Shown here one piece after another: positions 9,227 to 18,476 of a stretch of DNA of 64,000 nt. Made by a program: the position numbers and the translations under genes. Each line of letters starts with the position of its first letter. Position 1 is the stretch's first letter. Below the pieces are notes generated by a model that was not told the DNA's origin, did no database searches, and saw only the letters and a program-made list of their open reading frames with translations. The stretch is taken from positions 1 through 64,000 of the IMG/VR virus record IMGVR_UViG_3300048694_001042; one strand, written 5' to 3'. This stretch comes from a virus.

Positions 9227-9918
9227 TTCACGGATCAGGCTACGACTGGATCTATGTAGATCATTTGTATAACATGTTGAATAGAACCTTGCAGAATCGT
9301 GTGAGGTTACATGTTTATACCGAAGCTGATAGGCCAGTGCCGTCGCACATGATCAAGCATGAATTGAAAGAATGGCCTGGCATATCGGGTCCTCGGCGCA
9401 GCTGGTGGTATAAATTACAGTTGTTTGATAGTGAACATCACTCAGGTGATTTGCTGTATTTTGATTTGGATACAGTGATTGTTCGCGACATAACTTGGAT
9501 CCCCGAACTCACAACAGAAAAACTCTGGACCATTAGAGATTTTAGAAACTTACAAAACCCAAATCACTGGGGAATGAATTCCAGTGTGATGTGGTGGAAC
9601 GTGTCTAAATTCAACTGGGTCTGGGAACAGTTCAAAAACAGCAACATTGCCACGGTCATATCCAAGCATCCGCACGGTGATCAACAGTACATTGGTAATG
9701 CAGTTGGGCACAATGCAATTAGATTTTTGGATGCCAATCGAGTGCAAAGCTGGCGCTGGCAAGCACATGATGGCGGCTTTGATTTTGTAAAGAGACAGGC
9801 AAAAACTCCGGGCACAGGAACATGCATCGACAATGACGTTGCAATATTGGTATTTCATGGTCAACCTAAACCTCACGAATTGCCAAATGATGTTGTAATA
9901 AAACAACACTGGAAATAA
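9184..9918 (+). CDS. Glycosyltransferase, GT-A fold
   Basis: WWYKLQLF, YFDLD, NSSVM, GDQ and FHGQPKPHE motifs. Confidence 0.8.
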   Translation: MDSKNRTSVDCACLIHGSGYDWIYVDHLYNMLNRTLQNRVRLHVYTEADRPVPSHMIKHELKEWPGISGPRRSWWYKLQLFDSEHHSGDLLYFDLDTVIVRDITWIPELTTEKLWTIRDFRNLQNPNHWGMNSSVMWWNVSKFNWVWEQFKNSNIATVISKHPHGDQQYIGNAVGHNAIRFLDANRVQSWRWQAHDGGFDFVKRQAKTPGTGTCIDNDVAILVFHGQPKPHELPNDVVIKQHWK

Positions 9919-9979
9919 GGTTGACCAATAATTCCCATTTTGCTATAATATACACATAAACAGCAAACAGGAGCCACAA

Positions 9980-10201
9980 ATGGAACTCGCAATTGGTACC
10001 AAAATCCGTTACACCAGCGCCGCAGGTGTCCGTGTTGCAACTGTTAGCAACATCAAAGTTGCCCCTACTGCCAAGCCCGGCTTTCTGAACACCTGGTTGA
10101 CCCTGGACATTCCCGTCCAGCGTGGCGTAAAATTTAATACTAAAGTTAATATTCCTGCTGACAACGGTTCTTTGTCTGCATTCCGTGTTGAATTGGCTTG
10201 A
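9980..10201 (+). CDS. Small early hypothetical protein
   Basis: AGGAG RBS; the TGA stop lies inside the next TTGACC box. Confidence 0.75.
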   Translation: MELAIGTKIRYTSAAGVRVATVSNIKVAPTAKPGFLNTWLTLDIPVQRGVKFNTKVNIPADNGSLSAFRVELA

Positions 10202-10256
10202 CCAATAATTCCCAATTTGCTATAATATACACATAAACAGCAAACAGGAGCCCCAA

Positions 10257-10403
10257 ATGCAAGTACGTGAATTGATAGAGTTATTGTCGCAATTTGACCC
10301 TGAATCCCAGGTATTGTCATCGCAAGCCGGTGGAGAATACGAGTCTGACTTGTCCTTACTGGAAGTAGAAGTCTGCGATGGGGTTGTTTGGTTGCGTGAC
10401 TAA
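10257..10403 (+). CDS. Small early hypothetical protein (48 aa, MQVRELIELLSQFDPE...)
   Basis: Read by hand, below the track cutoff; own promoter and AGGAG RBS. Confidence 0.7.
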   Translation: MQVRELIELLSQFDPESQVLSSQAGGEYESDLSLLEVEVCDGVVWLRD

Positions 10404-10466
10404 CGGTTGACCAATAAATCCCAAACTGCTATAATACAATTTTAACGCACAAAACAGGAGCCAACC

Positions 10467-11489
10467 ATGAGTGCAATTCGTGTTGTAAACGGAACATACC
10501 GTAACAAACCCGTCCGTAATCAAGAATTTGTTCTTGTTAACGGTTTCCAGACCGGCGCCAAAGGCAACTATGTTACCGTTAAAAACAACGGTGCCTTTCC
10601 TAACTGCCCCGATACGATTCGTATCAGCGTTGACAACATCGCCGACATCGAGTATACTAACGGTATGACACAAGACAACACCGTACAGTTCGAAAAGCCC
10701 GCAACTCCTGCAGAAACCGACGAGCAAGCCATTGAGCGTATTCGTGAGCGTTTTGACATCCTGCATGAAATGACCAAGGCCAGCGTAACTGGCGACATTC
10801 GTGCTATGATTGTGTCGGGCCCTCCTGGTGTTGGCAAAAGCTTTGGCGTGGAGCAAGAAATTGAAAAAGCTACTATGTTTGACAAGTTGGCTGGCAAGCG
10901 CCTCCGTGCTGAAGTTGTCAAGGGCTCAGCTACCCCAATCGGCTTATATCAAACGCTGTACAAATATAGCGACTCAAATTGTGTCGTGGTATTCGATGAC
11001 TGCGATTCAATTCTGTTGGACGATGTCTCCCTTAACTTACTCAAAGGCGCCCTCGACTCGGGTAAAAAGCGAACCATCAGCTGGTTGTCAGAGTCGTCCG
11101 CCCTGCGCCGTGAAGGCATTCCTGATCGCTTCGAGTTCAAAGGTTCAGTTATCTTCATTACCAACTTGAAGTTTGACAAAATGAAGAGCCAAAAGCTCCG
11201 TGATCACTTGGATGCACTGCAAAGTCGTTGTCACTATCTGGACCTGACGCTTGACACCATGCGTGACAAACTGTTGCGGATCAAGCAGATTGCCAAGGAC
11301 GGCGAGCTGTTCAAGGACTACGAGTTTGAAGAGGCTGTGCAAGATGACATCATTGACTTCATGCACACCAACAAGGATCGCTTGCGTGAAGTGAGCTTGC
11401 GTATGGCTCTGAAGATCGCTGACCTGCGTAAACTGAGTGCGCTGAATTGGAAGCGACTGGCTGAGACCACTTGCATGAAGGCAGCTTAA
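10467..11489 (+). CDS. AAA+/P-loop ATPase
   Basis: Walker A GPPGVGKS, Walker B VVVFDDCD, IFITN sensor, ALQSRC arginine finger. Confidence 0.8.
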   Translation: MSAIRVVNGTYRNKPVRNQEFVLVNGFQTGAKGNYVTVKNNGAFPNCPDTIRISVDNIADIEYTNGMTQDNTVQFEKPATPAETDEQAIERIRERFDILHEMTKASVTGDIRAMIVSGPPGVGKSFGVEQEIEKATMFDKLAGKRLRAEVVKGSATPIGLYQTLYKYSDSNCVVVFDDCDSILLDDVSLNLLKGALDSGKKRTISWLSESSALRREGIPDRFEFKGSVIFITNLKFDKMKSQKLRDHLDALQSRCHYLDLTLDTMRDKLLRIKQIAKDGELFKDYEFEEAVQDDIIDFMHTNKDRLREVSLRMALKIADLRKLSALNWKRLAETTCMKAA

Positions 11490-11490
11490 T

Positions 11491-11733
11491 ATGGACGGAC
11501 GAGTTATGCACCTCAGTAATATGTGGCGCGAACGTCCGGCTGCTTGGCAAAAGTTCTATGAAGGTGAAAAGTTAGCTCGATATCTGAGCAAGATGTATTA
11601 CACCCTGAACGTCAAGGCAGTCAATCGCAAACTTAAAAAATATGATGCTGTTTATGAGTATGATCGATCAGAAGCCCGTGTTATATTTGCCAAGGAAAGT
11701 GGCTACTTTTGGTTCATGCTAAAGTGGAGTTAA
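11491..11733 (+). CDS. Hypothetical protein
   Basis: Co-oriented ORF ending in F.LKWS. Confidence 0.55.
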   Translation: MDGRVMHLSNMWRERPAAWQKFYEGEKLARYLSKMYYTLNVKAVNRKLKKYDAVYEYDRSEARVIFAKESGYFWFMLKWS

Positions 11734-11745
11734 AGAAAGTGATAT

Positions 11746-11976
11746 ATGAGTGATCAAGAGTTTGACGACGAACCAGGCACCTGGAACTTTGTTGCATATA
11801 AAATGGACTACGAAGGCCTTGACTATTGTTTTCGTTGTTATGCAGATTTTGAAGAAATGGAAGATCCAGAGTTTCACCGACTACGCCAAGAATACGTAGC
11901 CGCCGCAGACGCTCTCGAATCATATATCAAAGCAAAGGTAGATCCAAAGTATTTAGAAGCATTAGGTATCGATTAA
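11746..11976 (+). CDS. Hypothetical acidic protein
   Basis: Co-oriented ORF. Confidence 0.6.
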   Translation: MSDQEFDDEPGTWNFVAYKMDYEGLDYCFRCYADFEEMEDPEFHRLRQEYVAAADALESYIKAKVDPKYLEALGID

Positions 11977-12035
11977 CCCCCCCCGCCGTGTGCGTAAGGG
12001 CAATGCCAATAAGTCCCTTTCGATAAGGATACAAA

Positions 12036-12188
12036 ATGATTCTTCTTAATATTCTTATTACTGTTTGGGCTTGGAAGGTAGCCAACGATGCGTTCGAGAT
12101 AGAAAGAAACACAGCCGGTTGGGTGTGTGTTGCAGTAAGTGCAATGAATGGTGCAGTGGTTTTATATCGTTTGACAAGTGGAGTTTGA
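12036..12188 (+). CDS. Small membrane protein (50 aa)
   Basis: Read by hand; AAGGA RBS; two hydrophobic segments; similar to 12303-12455. Confidence 0.55.
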   Translation: MILLNILITVWAWKVANDAFEIERNTAGWVCVAVSAMNGAVVLYRLTSGV

Positions 12189-12189
12189 T

Positions 12190-12300
12190 ATGTACGAAGT
12201 ATGGGATGGTGATTTGTTTTTGTTCGCTGTGGACACTGAGTTCGAAGCCCATGAGGCCATTGAAGAAGGGTTTACAGTAAAAGAAAAGACCATTGTGTAA
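12190..12300 (+). CDS. Small hypothetical protein (36 aa, MYEVWDGDLFLF...)
   Basis: Read by hand; GGAG RBS; packed between neighbours. Confidence 0.5.
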   Translation: MYEVWDGDLFLFAVDTEFEAHEAIEEGFTVKEKTIV

Positions 12301-12302
12301 AA

Positions 12303-12455
12303 ATGGACGTCTGGAGCTGGCTCAATTTATTTTTTGTATTTTTCAGCGCATGGTGTGCTAGGATTTGTTTCGAAAATAACGATCGAGCCGGTGGATGGTT
12401 TAATGTTTTTGCCAGTGCCGCAAATGCGGCGTCGGCCTTGGTAAGTATTTTTTAA
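12303..12455 (+). CDS. Small membrane protein (50 aa)
   Basis: Read by hand; shares W..A...FE......GW..V..SA.N with 12036-12188. Confidence 0.55.
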   Translation: MDVWSWLNLFFVFFSAWCARICFENNDRAGGWFNVFASAANAASALVSIF

Positions 12456-12496
12456 GATTCTCCTAGGCAAATCGGTTGGCTCCGGCCTAGGATTTT

Positions 12497-12529
12497 AACA
12501 GGTGCCCGTAAAACGGCACCTGTTTTTTT
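12497..12529 (+). terminator. Intrinsic terminator
   Basis: AACAGGTGCC / GGCACCTGTT stem followed by a T run. Confidence 0.8.
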
Positions 12530-12556
12530 GACATTTTGTTGTGGTAAGTATATACT
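12528..12556 (+). promoter_or_regulatory. sigma70 promoter of uvsW (leaderless arrangement)
   Basis: TTGACA-17-TATACT with ATG 6 nt downstream. Confidence 0.7.
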
Positions 12557-12562
12557 ACTACA

Positions 12563-14032
12563 ATGAAAACATGCACAATCGTGATCCGCGATGAAGTCAA
12601 CATCAAGCTGGAAGGCTTGGATCTAGACGTAAGAAAAACTCTAACAAACACATTCAAATATGATGTGCCCTATGCGAGGTATCTTCCAGCAGTGAGGTTG
12701 GGACGGTGGGACGGCAAGGTCAGCTACTTTCAAATGGGCGGTAGCACCTACACTAACTTGCTACCAGACATTATTCCCATACTTGAACGCTACAACTATA
12801 ATATAGAACTAGACGACCAACGTGACTATTCTGTCAGCTTTGACTTTGATCGAGTAGAAGAAAATCGCTGGGCATACAAGACCTGGCCCAAAGGCCACCC
12901 TGCGGCAGGTGAGCCTATCATGTTGCGTGACTACCAAGTGGAAGTTATCAATAGGTTTTTAGAAAACCCGCAAAGCATTCAAGAAGTTGCAACAGGTGCA
13001 GGTAAGACAATTACTACAGCAACACTCAGTGCCGCAGTTGAGCCGTACGGTCGGTCAATTGTTATTGTGCCCAACAAGAGCCTGGTAACACAAACAGAAA
13101 AAGACTATGTTAACTTGGGCCTGGACGTTGGCGTTTATTTTGGTGACCGCAAAGAGCACGGACACCAGCATACTATCTGCACATGGCAGAGCCTCAACGT
13201 ATTGCTAAAAAACACAAAATCTGGCACTGCTGACATTACCATTGCGGACTTCATTGAGGATGTTGTATGCGTGATGGTCGACGAAGTACACATGGCCAAA
13301 GCAGATGCGTTAAAAACATTACTCACAGGAGTGATGAGCCGTATACCAATACGTTGGGGGCTGACAGGAACTATTCCCAAAGAGAAGTTCGAAAGCCAAA
13401 GCCTGCTGGTCAGCTTGGGTCCTGTAATAGGCAAACTTACAGCCAACGAACTGCAACAACAGGGTGTGTTGGCACAATGTCACGTTAACATTGTGCAACT
13501 GCAAGATCACGTGGAGTATCCAGACTACCAAAAAGAACTAAAATACTTGCTGGAAGAGTCTGGCAGGCTCGATGCTATGTCAGCCTTGATTCAACAGGTA
13601 AACGAAACAGGCAATACCTTGGTGTTGGTAGATCGAACCGAGTGCGGCCGCCAGTTGGTCGAGCGCCTGGGCGAACGTGCAGTATTTGTATCAGGTGCAA
13701 CTAAATCCAAAGATAGGCAGGAAGAATATGATCAAGTGGCTGAAGCAACGGACAAAATTATTGTGGCCACTTACGGTGTGGCTGCGGTTGGAATTAATAT
13801 TCCTAGAATCTTTAACTTGGTGCTTATTGAGCCTGGTAAGAGCTTTGTCCGTGTTATCCAATCAATTGGTCGTGGCATCCGCAAAGCTGAAGACAAGGAT
13901 CATGTTCAGATCTGGGACGTTACGAGTACGTGCAAGTTTGCGAAGCGGCACTTGACCAAACGCAAAGCTTACTATCGAGAAGCCAATTATCCATTTACCC
14001 AAGAAAAACTTGAGTGGATGAAAGTCAAATAA
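12563..14032 (+). CDS. uvsW: SF2 DNA helicase, UvsW-like
   Basis: LRDYQ, ATGAGKT, DEVH, GLTGT and QSIGRGIR motifs. Confidence 0.9.
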   Translation: MKTCTIVIRDEVNIKLEGLDLDVRKTLTNTFKYDVPYARYLPAVRLGRWDGKVSYFQMGGSTYTNLLPDIIPILERYNYNIELDDQRDYSVSFDFDRVEENRWAYKTWPKGHPAAGEPIMLRDYQVEVINRFLENPQSIQEVATGAGKTITTATLSAAVEPYGRSIVIVPNKSLVTQTEKDYVNLGLDVGVYFGDRKEHGHQHTICTWQSLNVLLKNTKSGTADITIADFIEDVVCVMVDEVHMAKADALKTLLTGVMSRIPIRWGLTGTIPKEKFESQSLLVSLGPVIGKLTANELQQQGVLAQCHVNIVQLQDHVEYPDYQKELKYLLEESGRLDAMSALIQQVNETGNTLVLVDRTECGRQLVERLGERAVFVSGATKSKDRQEEYDQVAEATDKIIVATYGVAAVGINIPRIFNLVLIEPGKSFVRVIQSIGRGIRKAEDKDHVQIWDVTSTCKFAKRHLTKRKAYYREANYPFTQEKLEWMKVK

Positions 14033-14068
14033 GTTGACTTTTCAGTCAACTTCCTATAACATACAACT

Positions 14069-14569
14069 ATGCGAATTTTAACTCTCGACAACGCTCATTA
14101 CGACCTTGACCACTTGCCAGATGAAATAGATGACATGAGGTTTGCCATACTGGACAACTCCAACCCTGTTGAACCCGACTATCATTTTATTCCACTGATA
14201 TTTTTGGAAAGTTTCAATGCTCCTGCACTGGTGTTGCGTATAGGAACACAAACCATACGCATGCCCATGGACTGGCAAGTGCTAATTGGAGAGCCCGATG
14301 TGGGCGATCTCGAAGTGCTGCCACTGACATCAATCAATGATCGTGGATTCAAAGTGTTTCAGTTTAACCCATTGACCAGTTTCCGTCCCAGCTTTTTGGA
14401 CATTGAAATCCTAGATGTGTATCATGAAGTTTCGTGGTATGCACCCAAACTCAAGAATGGACAAATGCTTGCAGTTCCTATTACTGAAGGTGATGATCCG
14501 GACTGTGTGTACTTTGTCAAGGACATCAGCCGCAACTGCGAAATCGTCAACTACAACCTTGCTTGGTAA
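14069..14569 (+). CDS. Hypothetical phage protein
   Basis: Clean ORF after TTGACT-17-TAACAT. Confidence 0.7.
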   Translation: MRILTLDNAHYDLDHLPDEIDDMRFAILDNSNPVEPDYHFIPLIFLESFNAPALVLRIGTQTIRMPMDWQVLIGEPDVGDLEVLPLTSINDRGFKVFQFNPLTSFRPSFLDIEILDVYHEVSWYAPKLKNGQMLAVPITEGDDPDCVYFVKDISRNCEIVNYNLAW

Positions 14570-14570
14570 T

Positions 14571-14720
14571 ATGGCACAGTATACAGAACCCGAAGTTTTT
14601 GAAATTATCAATAGATTGGCAAGAATCTATTTAGAAAGTTATCCTAGTGATCGGGAAGGCCTTGAACGCTTTTTGCGTTGGGCATATTTACAGTACGGAT
14701 ATACCTATGGGAACCCTTAA
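14571..14720 (+). CDS. Small hypothetical protein
   Basis: ATG 1 nt after the upstream stop. Confidence 0.5.
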   Translation: MAQYTEPEVFEIINRLARIYLESYPSDREGLERFLRWAYLQYGYTYGNP

Positions 14721-14949
14721 CCCTGGCACTACTTACATTTATGAAAGTGTAGCCGGAACAATATTTGCTCGTGAGTTTGGTAAAACAGAACGAAAGGTAG
14801 TGGGGTATACAACGGATGTTAGTTCTGAATTTGCCATGTACAAGAGTGAAATAAACCAAGTGTTGAAGATGTGCGAGTCGGATCTGGTCATGCGAGAGTT
14901 GCTGGATCAACTGTTTGTAATGTATAATCTAAAGAAAACACATGAGTGA
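14707..14949 (+). CDS. Hypothetical protein
   Basis: Overlapping co-oriented ORF (MGTLNPGTTYIYE...). Confidence 0.55.
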   Translation: MGTLNPGTTYIYESVAGTIFAREFGKTERKVVGYTTDVSSEFAMYKSEINQVLKMCESDLVMRELLDQLFVMYNLKKTHE

Positions 14950-15382
14950 CAAACTAAACATTGCCAACGAGATGAGAATGTTTGATCGCAAGGTCAGAAC
15001 ATTCTACGAAGAACTCACAGACGAAGAACGTAAAAAGTTCTCCACGTACTTGATGATACGTTGGGGTTCGGCTGTGGAAGGCAGCAGAGACTTACAAGAG
15101 TTTTATCTTATTTCCACTAACGAACGACTCAACAAGCATTTCTTTGCCATGAGTCGACATCCTAAATTACAGTGGCTCATGGCCACCAGCGTGAGTCCAG
15201 ACATGGGTACACCCAGACACAATTGGATATCGCCAAAGAAAAAAGAAAAAACATCAGCAATTAGAAAACAGTTGGTGGAAATATATCCGCATCTCAAGGA
15301 TGACGAAATAGATTTACTGGCTTCGATCACAGACAAAAAAGAACTAGACAACTACTTGAAAGCACATGGAGACCGTGACTAA
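14942..15382 (+). CDS. Putative clamp-loader small subunit (T4 gp62-like)
   Basis: Size, FS.YL..RW.S and NE..N..F...HP.LQW pattern, replication context. Confidence 0.45.
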   Translation: MSDKLNIANEMRMFDRKVRTFYEELTDEERKKFSTYLMIRWGSAVEGSRDLQEFYLISTNERLNKHFFAMSRHPKLQWLMATSVSPDMGTPRHNWISPKKKEKTSAIRKQLVEIYPHLKDDEIDLLASITDKKELDNYLKAHGDRD

Positions 15383-16052
15383 ATTCAAATGTCAATATTG
15401 CCACAAAGAGTTTGTGCGTGAAAGCACTCTGGCTGTGCATGTGTGCGAACAAAAAAAGCGCAGACAAGACAAGAGCGAGCGCGGCGTAGAACTTGGATTC
15501 CAAGGTTATGTGAGATTTTACGAAATGTCACAAGGTTCAGCCAAGTTCAAAACCTATGACGATTTTTGTGAAAGTCCTTACTATAGAGCATTTGTCAAAT
15601 GGGGTCGTTACTGTGTTAGCACTCGGGTGATAAATCCCAAACAGTTTTTAGAATGGCTGCTCAAGCACAATAAAAAGTTGGACAATTGGTCCAGTGACAT
15701 TTTGTACACAGAATATCTCACATGGTATCTCACAGTGGAAAACGTTGCTGACGCACTGGCACGAGCAGTGGAGTATGGCATGGATTGGGCAGAAAAGAAT
15801 CAAGCCCGTGACTGTGATTGTTTGCGATATGGATCTACTCATGCCCTGTGCTATGCTATCACAGCAGGGCGCATAAGTCCCTGGGTGATTTACAACTGCG
15901 AGTCGGGGCAGGGATTTTTGCAAAACATCAGTTCTGAACAATTGGCAATGATTTGGCCATATATCAATTCTGATGTGTGGCAAAAAAGGTTTGCAGACTA
16001 CTCAGCAGATCAAGAGTATGCCAAGGAAATTTTAGCAAAGGCAGGATGGTAA
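15366..16052 (+). CDS. Hypothetical protein with N-terminal C2H-C zinc finger
   Basis: CQYCHKEF..ESTLAVHVC. Confidence 0.65.
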   Translation: METVTKFKCQYCHKEFVRESTLAVHVCEQKKRRQDKSERGVELGFQGYVRFYEMSQGSAKFKTYDDFCESPYYRAFVKWGRYCVSTRVINPKQFLEWLLKHNKKLDNWSSDILYTEYLTWYLTVENVADALARAVEYGMDWAEKNQARDCDCLRYGSTHALCYAITAGRISPWVIYNCESGQGFLQNISSEQLAMIWPYINSDVWQKRFADYSADQEYAKEILAKAGW

Positions 16053-16053
16053 T

Positions 16054-16422
16054 ATGATCAAAAGTATAAATGGTGGCAGCGGCATTCAAATCACCAATGG
16101 CAGTCTGTCGTGGCCCAGTTTCTATAACAGTGCCAGTTCAAGTGGCAATACTCTAATAGGGCAAGTTCGCTATAATGGTTCAAGTCAGAACTTGGAAGTG
16201 TACGATGGCAACAATTGGTTGATGATATCAGGTTCTTACCCTATGATAGAATTGTCAGGCGAAGTCCAATCCATATTGGCCTGGGCCAGAATAAAAATGG
16301 CAGAAGAAGAACGAATCAAACAGCTGGCAGCCAAACATCCCGCAGTGGCTGACGCATTGAACGCTGTGGCCCGAGCCGAAGAACAAGTTCGAATTGCAGC
16401 AGCATTGGTAGACACAGCATGA
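16054..16422 (+). CDS. Hypothetical protein
   Basis: Coupled ORF; GQVRYN...LEVYDGNNW motif. Confidence 0.6.
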   Translation: MIKSINGGSGIQITNGSLSWPSFYNSASSSGNTLIGQVRYNGSSQNLEVYDGNNWLMISGSYPMIELSGEVQSILAWARIKMAEEERIKQLAAKHPAVADALNAVARAEEQVRIAAALVDTA

Positions 16423-16997
16423 GCGCAGACATCGACATTGACATGCCCAACAGGGACGCATTGCTGAAACTGATCCAGCATGTGCCTGCACGGCTTGAAG
16501 TTAATGGTCAAGTGCGTAAACATAACTCGGGTATCTACGTTACAGAAATTCCTAGGGACATTCCCAACGGTTGTGCAGCTATTGATTACGAAGCAGCCGA
16601 ACAGCGCGGCTATTTCAAAATAGACTTGCTAAACATGAGTGTTTACAATCTGATCAAAAGTCCTGAACACTACCAACAGATGCTGGCAATTGAACCGCCA
16701 TGGAGTCGACTGTGGACAGACCCAGCTTGGGCAAGCCAATTGGTACATGTAGGAAACTATACAGATTTGTTAAAACAAATGCAGCCAGATTCAATACCCA
16801 GAATGGCTGCTTTTATATCAATTATTCGTCCGGGCAAAGCACATTTGCAACGCAGGCCTTGGACGGAAGTATTTGCAAGTGTGTGGGATGGTGATGACAG
16901 TCGGGGATTTGTGTTCAAGAAGTCACATGCGCTAAGTTACAGCATGTTGGTCAAATTGCACATGAACTTGCTCAATCAAGTCGACGCACAAGCGTGA
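16419..16997 (+). CDS. dnaE: Minimal DNA polymerase III alpha (C-family) catalytic-core-like protein
   Basis: DIDID, RKHNSG, GYFKIDLL, IIRPG and FKKSHA.SY motifs in DnaE order. Confidence 0.75.
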   Translation: MSADIDIDMPNRDALLKLIQHVPARLEVNGQVRKHNSGIYVTEIPRDIPNGCAAIDYEAAEQRGYFKIDLLNMSVYNLIKSPEHYQQMLAIEPPWSRLWTDPAWASQLVHVGNYTDLLKQMQPDSIPRMAAFISIIRPGKAHLQRRPWTEVFASVWDGDDSRGFVFKKSHALSYSMLVKLHMNLLNQVDAQA

Positions 16998-17349
16998 TTG
17001 ACTTTCGTTTTGATTTTTTTCTGCTGATATCCAGCAAGCTGCACACCGGACCGTGTAGTATTTCCAAATCTTTGTTTGAAAAGGTTCTCAATGTGGGTTT
17101 GAATTGATCCCACTCCCCGCGAAGAAATATGTTTATGGGAATAGAATGATTGCTTTCCCACCACCAGGTGTTGGCCAGTTCTAAAAATGCCAGTTTTTCC
17201 TGCTGTGATTGCACAGCACCAAAGTCGTAGATTGTGGTAATAGCATCATCCCTGTTTTGGATAACGCCCACGTACTCTTCGTTGGCGTAGATGCACAGCG
17301 TTATAAACGGATACTTTGCTGCTAGTTTTTGAAAGATATCATTGCCCAT
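16972..17349 (-). CDS. Hypothetical phage protein
   Basis: Clean minus-strand ORF, WWWESN..IPINIFL, basic tail. Confidence 0.7.
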   Translation of the reverse strand: MGNDIFQKLAAKYPFITLCIYANEEYVGVIQNRDDAITTIYDFGAVQSQQEKLAFLELANTWWWESNHSIPINIFLRGEWDQFKPTLRTFSNKDLEILHGPVCSLLDISRKKSKRKSITLVRRLD

Positions 17350-17370
17350 AAATAATTGTTCGAGGATCCT

Positions 17371-18444
17371 ATGTATTCAACAACCATTTACTTATACCAG
17401 CAGACAACCAAAGTTTTGTTAGTTGACACCGATGGCGGATCCTTCACTTATAGGTATGACCCCGTGTACGCAAAACCTCTTACTGTAAACAAAGGCGTTG
17501 ACAACGTGCTCTTGTTTGAGTTTATCAATCAAGAAGAAAAACCTGTCAACATCACAGGCTCAACATTTGTGTTCCGCTTGTTAAACCAAACTGGTGATCA
17601 AGTGCTGATCGAAAAACCCATGACCACACTCAGCGCACCTTTGGGTCGTGTCAAAGTGGTGCTGGATACCATGGACACAATTGATATTGTTGCTCAACCC
17701 GGTAGCTACAGTATACAACGAGCCCAGGGAGACTATGTGCAAGCTGTGTTTGTGGATGCACAAGCTGGTGCCCGAGCAGATTGTAACATTGTGGATTCAG
17801 TGCTACCGCAGTTTATTCCCAGCCGAGCATTGACCATTCCAGATATCTACGGCAAAGCTCAACAGTTGACCCCCGGACCTACCAACTGGCCAGACTGGGC
17901 CTTGTACCCACCGCCTGTGAACACCACCCAACTCACTGAATTTTACTCAAGTGAAATTCCTACCAGTGAACAAAATCTAACCACTGTCAGTGCAGACTTT
18001 GATACATTTACTGGAACAATCAAATTCCAAGCTGCTGACACCTATCAGTCCGTTTGGTATGATGTCACAGAATGCTGGGAATTCTTTGCCGAAACCAGCA
18101 CTAGATATTTCAACATTGTGGGCTTTTATCCCTTGATCCGCATGGCTATCAACAACAGTGTGGGATTTGGTGCAACTGCTACTCCTGTGGTAGAAGAGGG
18201 TGTGGTTGTGGCAATCAACGTGAACAATTCTGGACAAGGATACGTGGCCACTCCCAAAGTACAAATTCTTGGTGATGGTGCAGGAGCCACTGCTCGAGTT
18301 GTTTCTGTGGGAGAAGATGGACAAATTGGTCCAATTGAAGTGACCAATGGCGGTGCTGGATATGTTCCTTTGCAGTACCAAGGTACACAAGCAGCCACGG
18401 TGTTGATTACCAATGGCTACATTTCAAACATCAAATATCGTTGA
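17371..18444 (+). CDS. Probable virion structural (baseplate/tail-associated) protein
   Basis: GAGGA RBS and upstream TAAATA; beta-rich; NSGQGY and NGGAGY repeats. Confidence 0.55.
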   Translation: MYSTTIYLYQQTTKVLLVDTDGGSFTYRYDPVYAKPLTVNKGVDNVLLFEFINQEEKPVNITGSTFVFRLLNQTGDQVLIEKPMTTLSAPLGRVKVVLDTMDTIDIVAQPGSYSIQRAQGDYVQAVFVDAQAGARADCNIVDSVLPQFIPSRALTIPDIYGKAQQLTPGPTNWPDWALYPPPVNTTQLTEFYSSEIPTSEQNLTTVSADFDTFTGTIKFQAADTYQSVWYDVTECWEFFAETSTRYFNIVGFYPLIRMAINNSVGFGATATPVVEEGVVVAINVNNSGQGYVATPKVQILGDGAGATARVVSVGEDGQIGPIEVTNGGAGYVPLQYQGTQAATVLITNGYISNIKYR

Positions 18445-18476
18445 TCTAGTGTTACAAATCTGTTATACTGTAACAG

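Larger units (their letters stand above)
9921..10466 (+). repeat. Three copies of a promoter+RBS repeat (TTGACC-17-TATAAT with TG extension, then AAACAGGAGCC)
   Basis: 9921-9975 and 10198-10252 differ at 1 of 55 nt; a third diverged copy starts at 10407. Confidence 0.9.
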
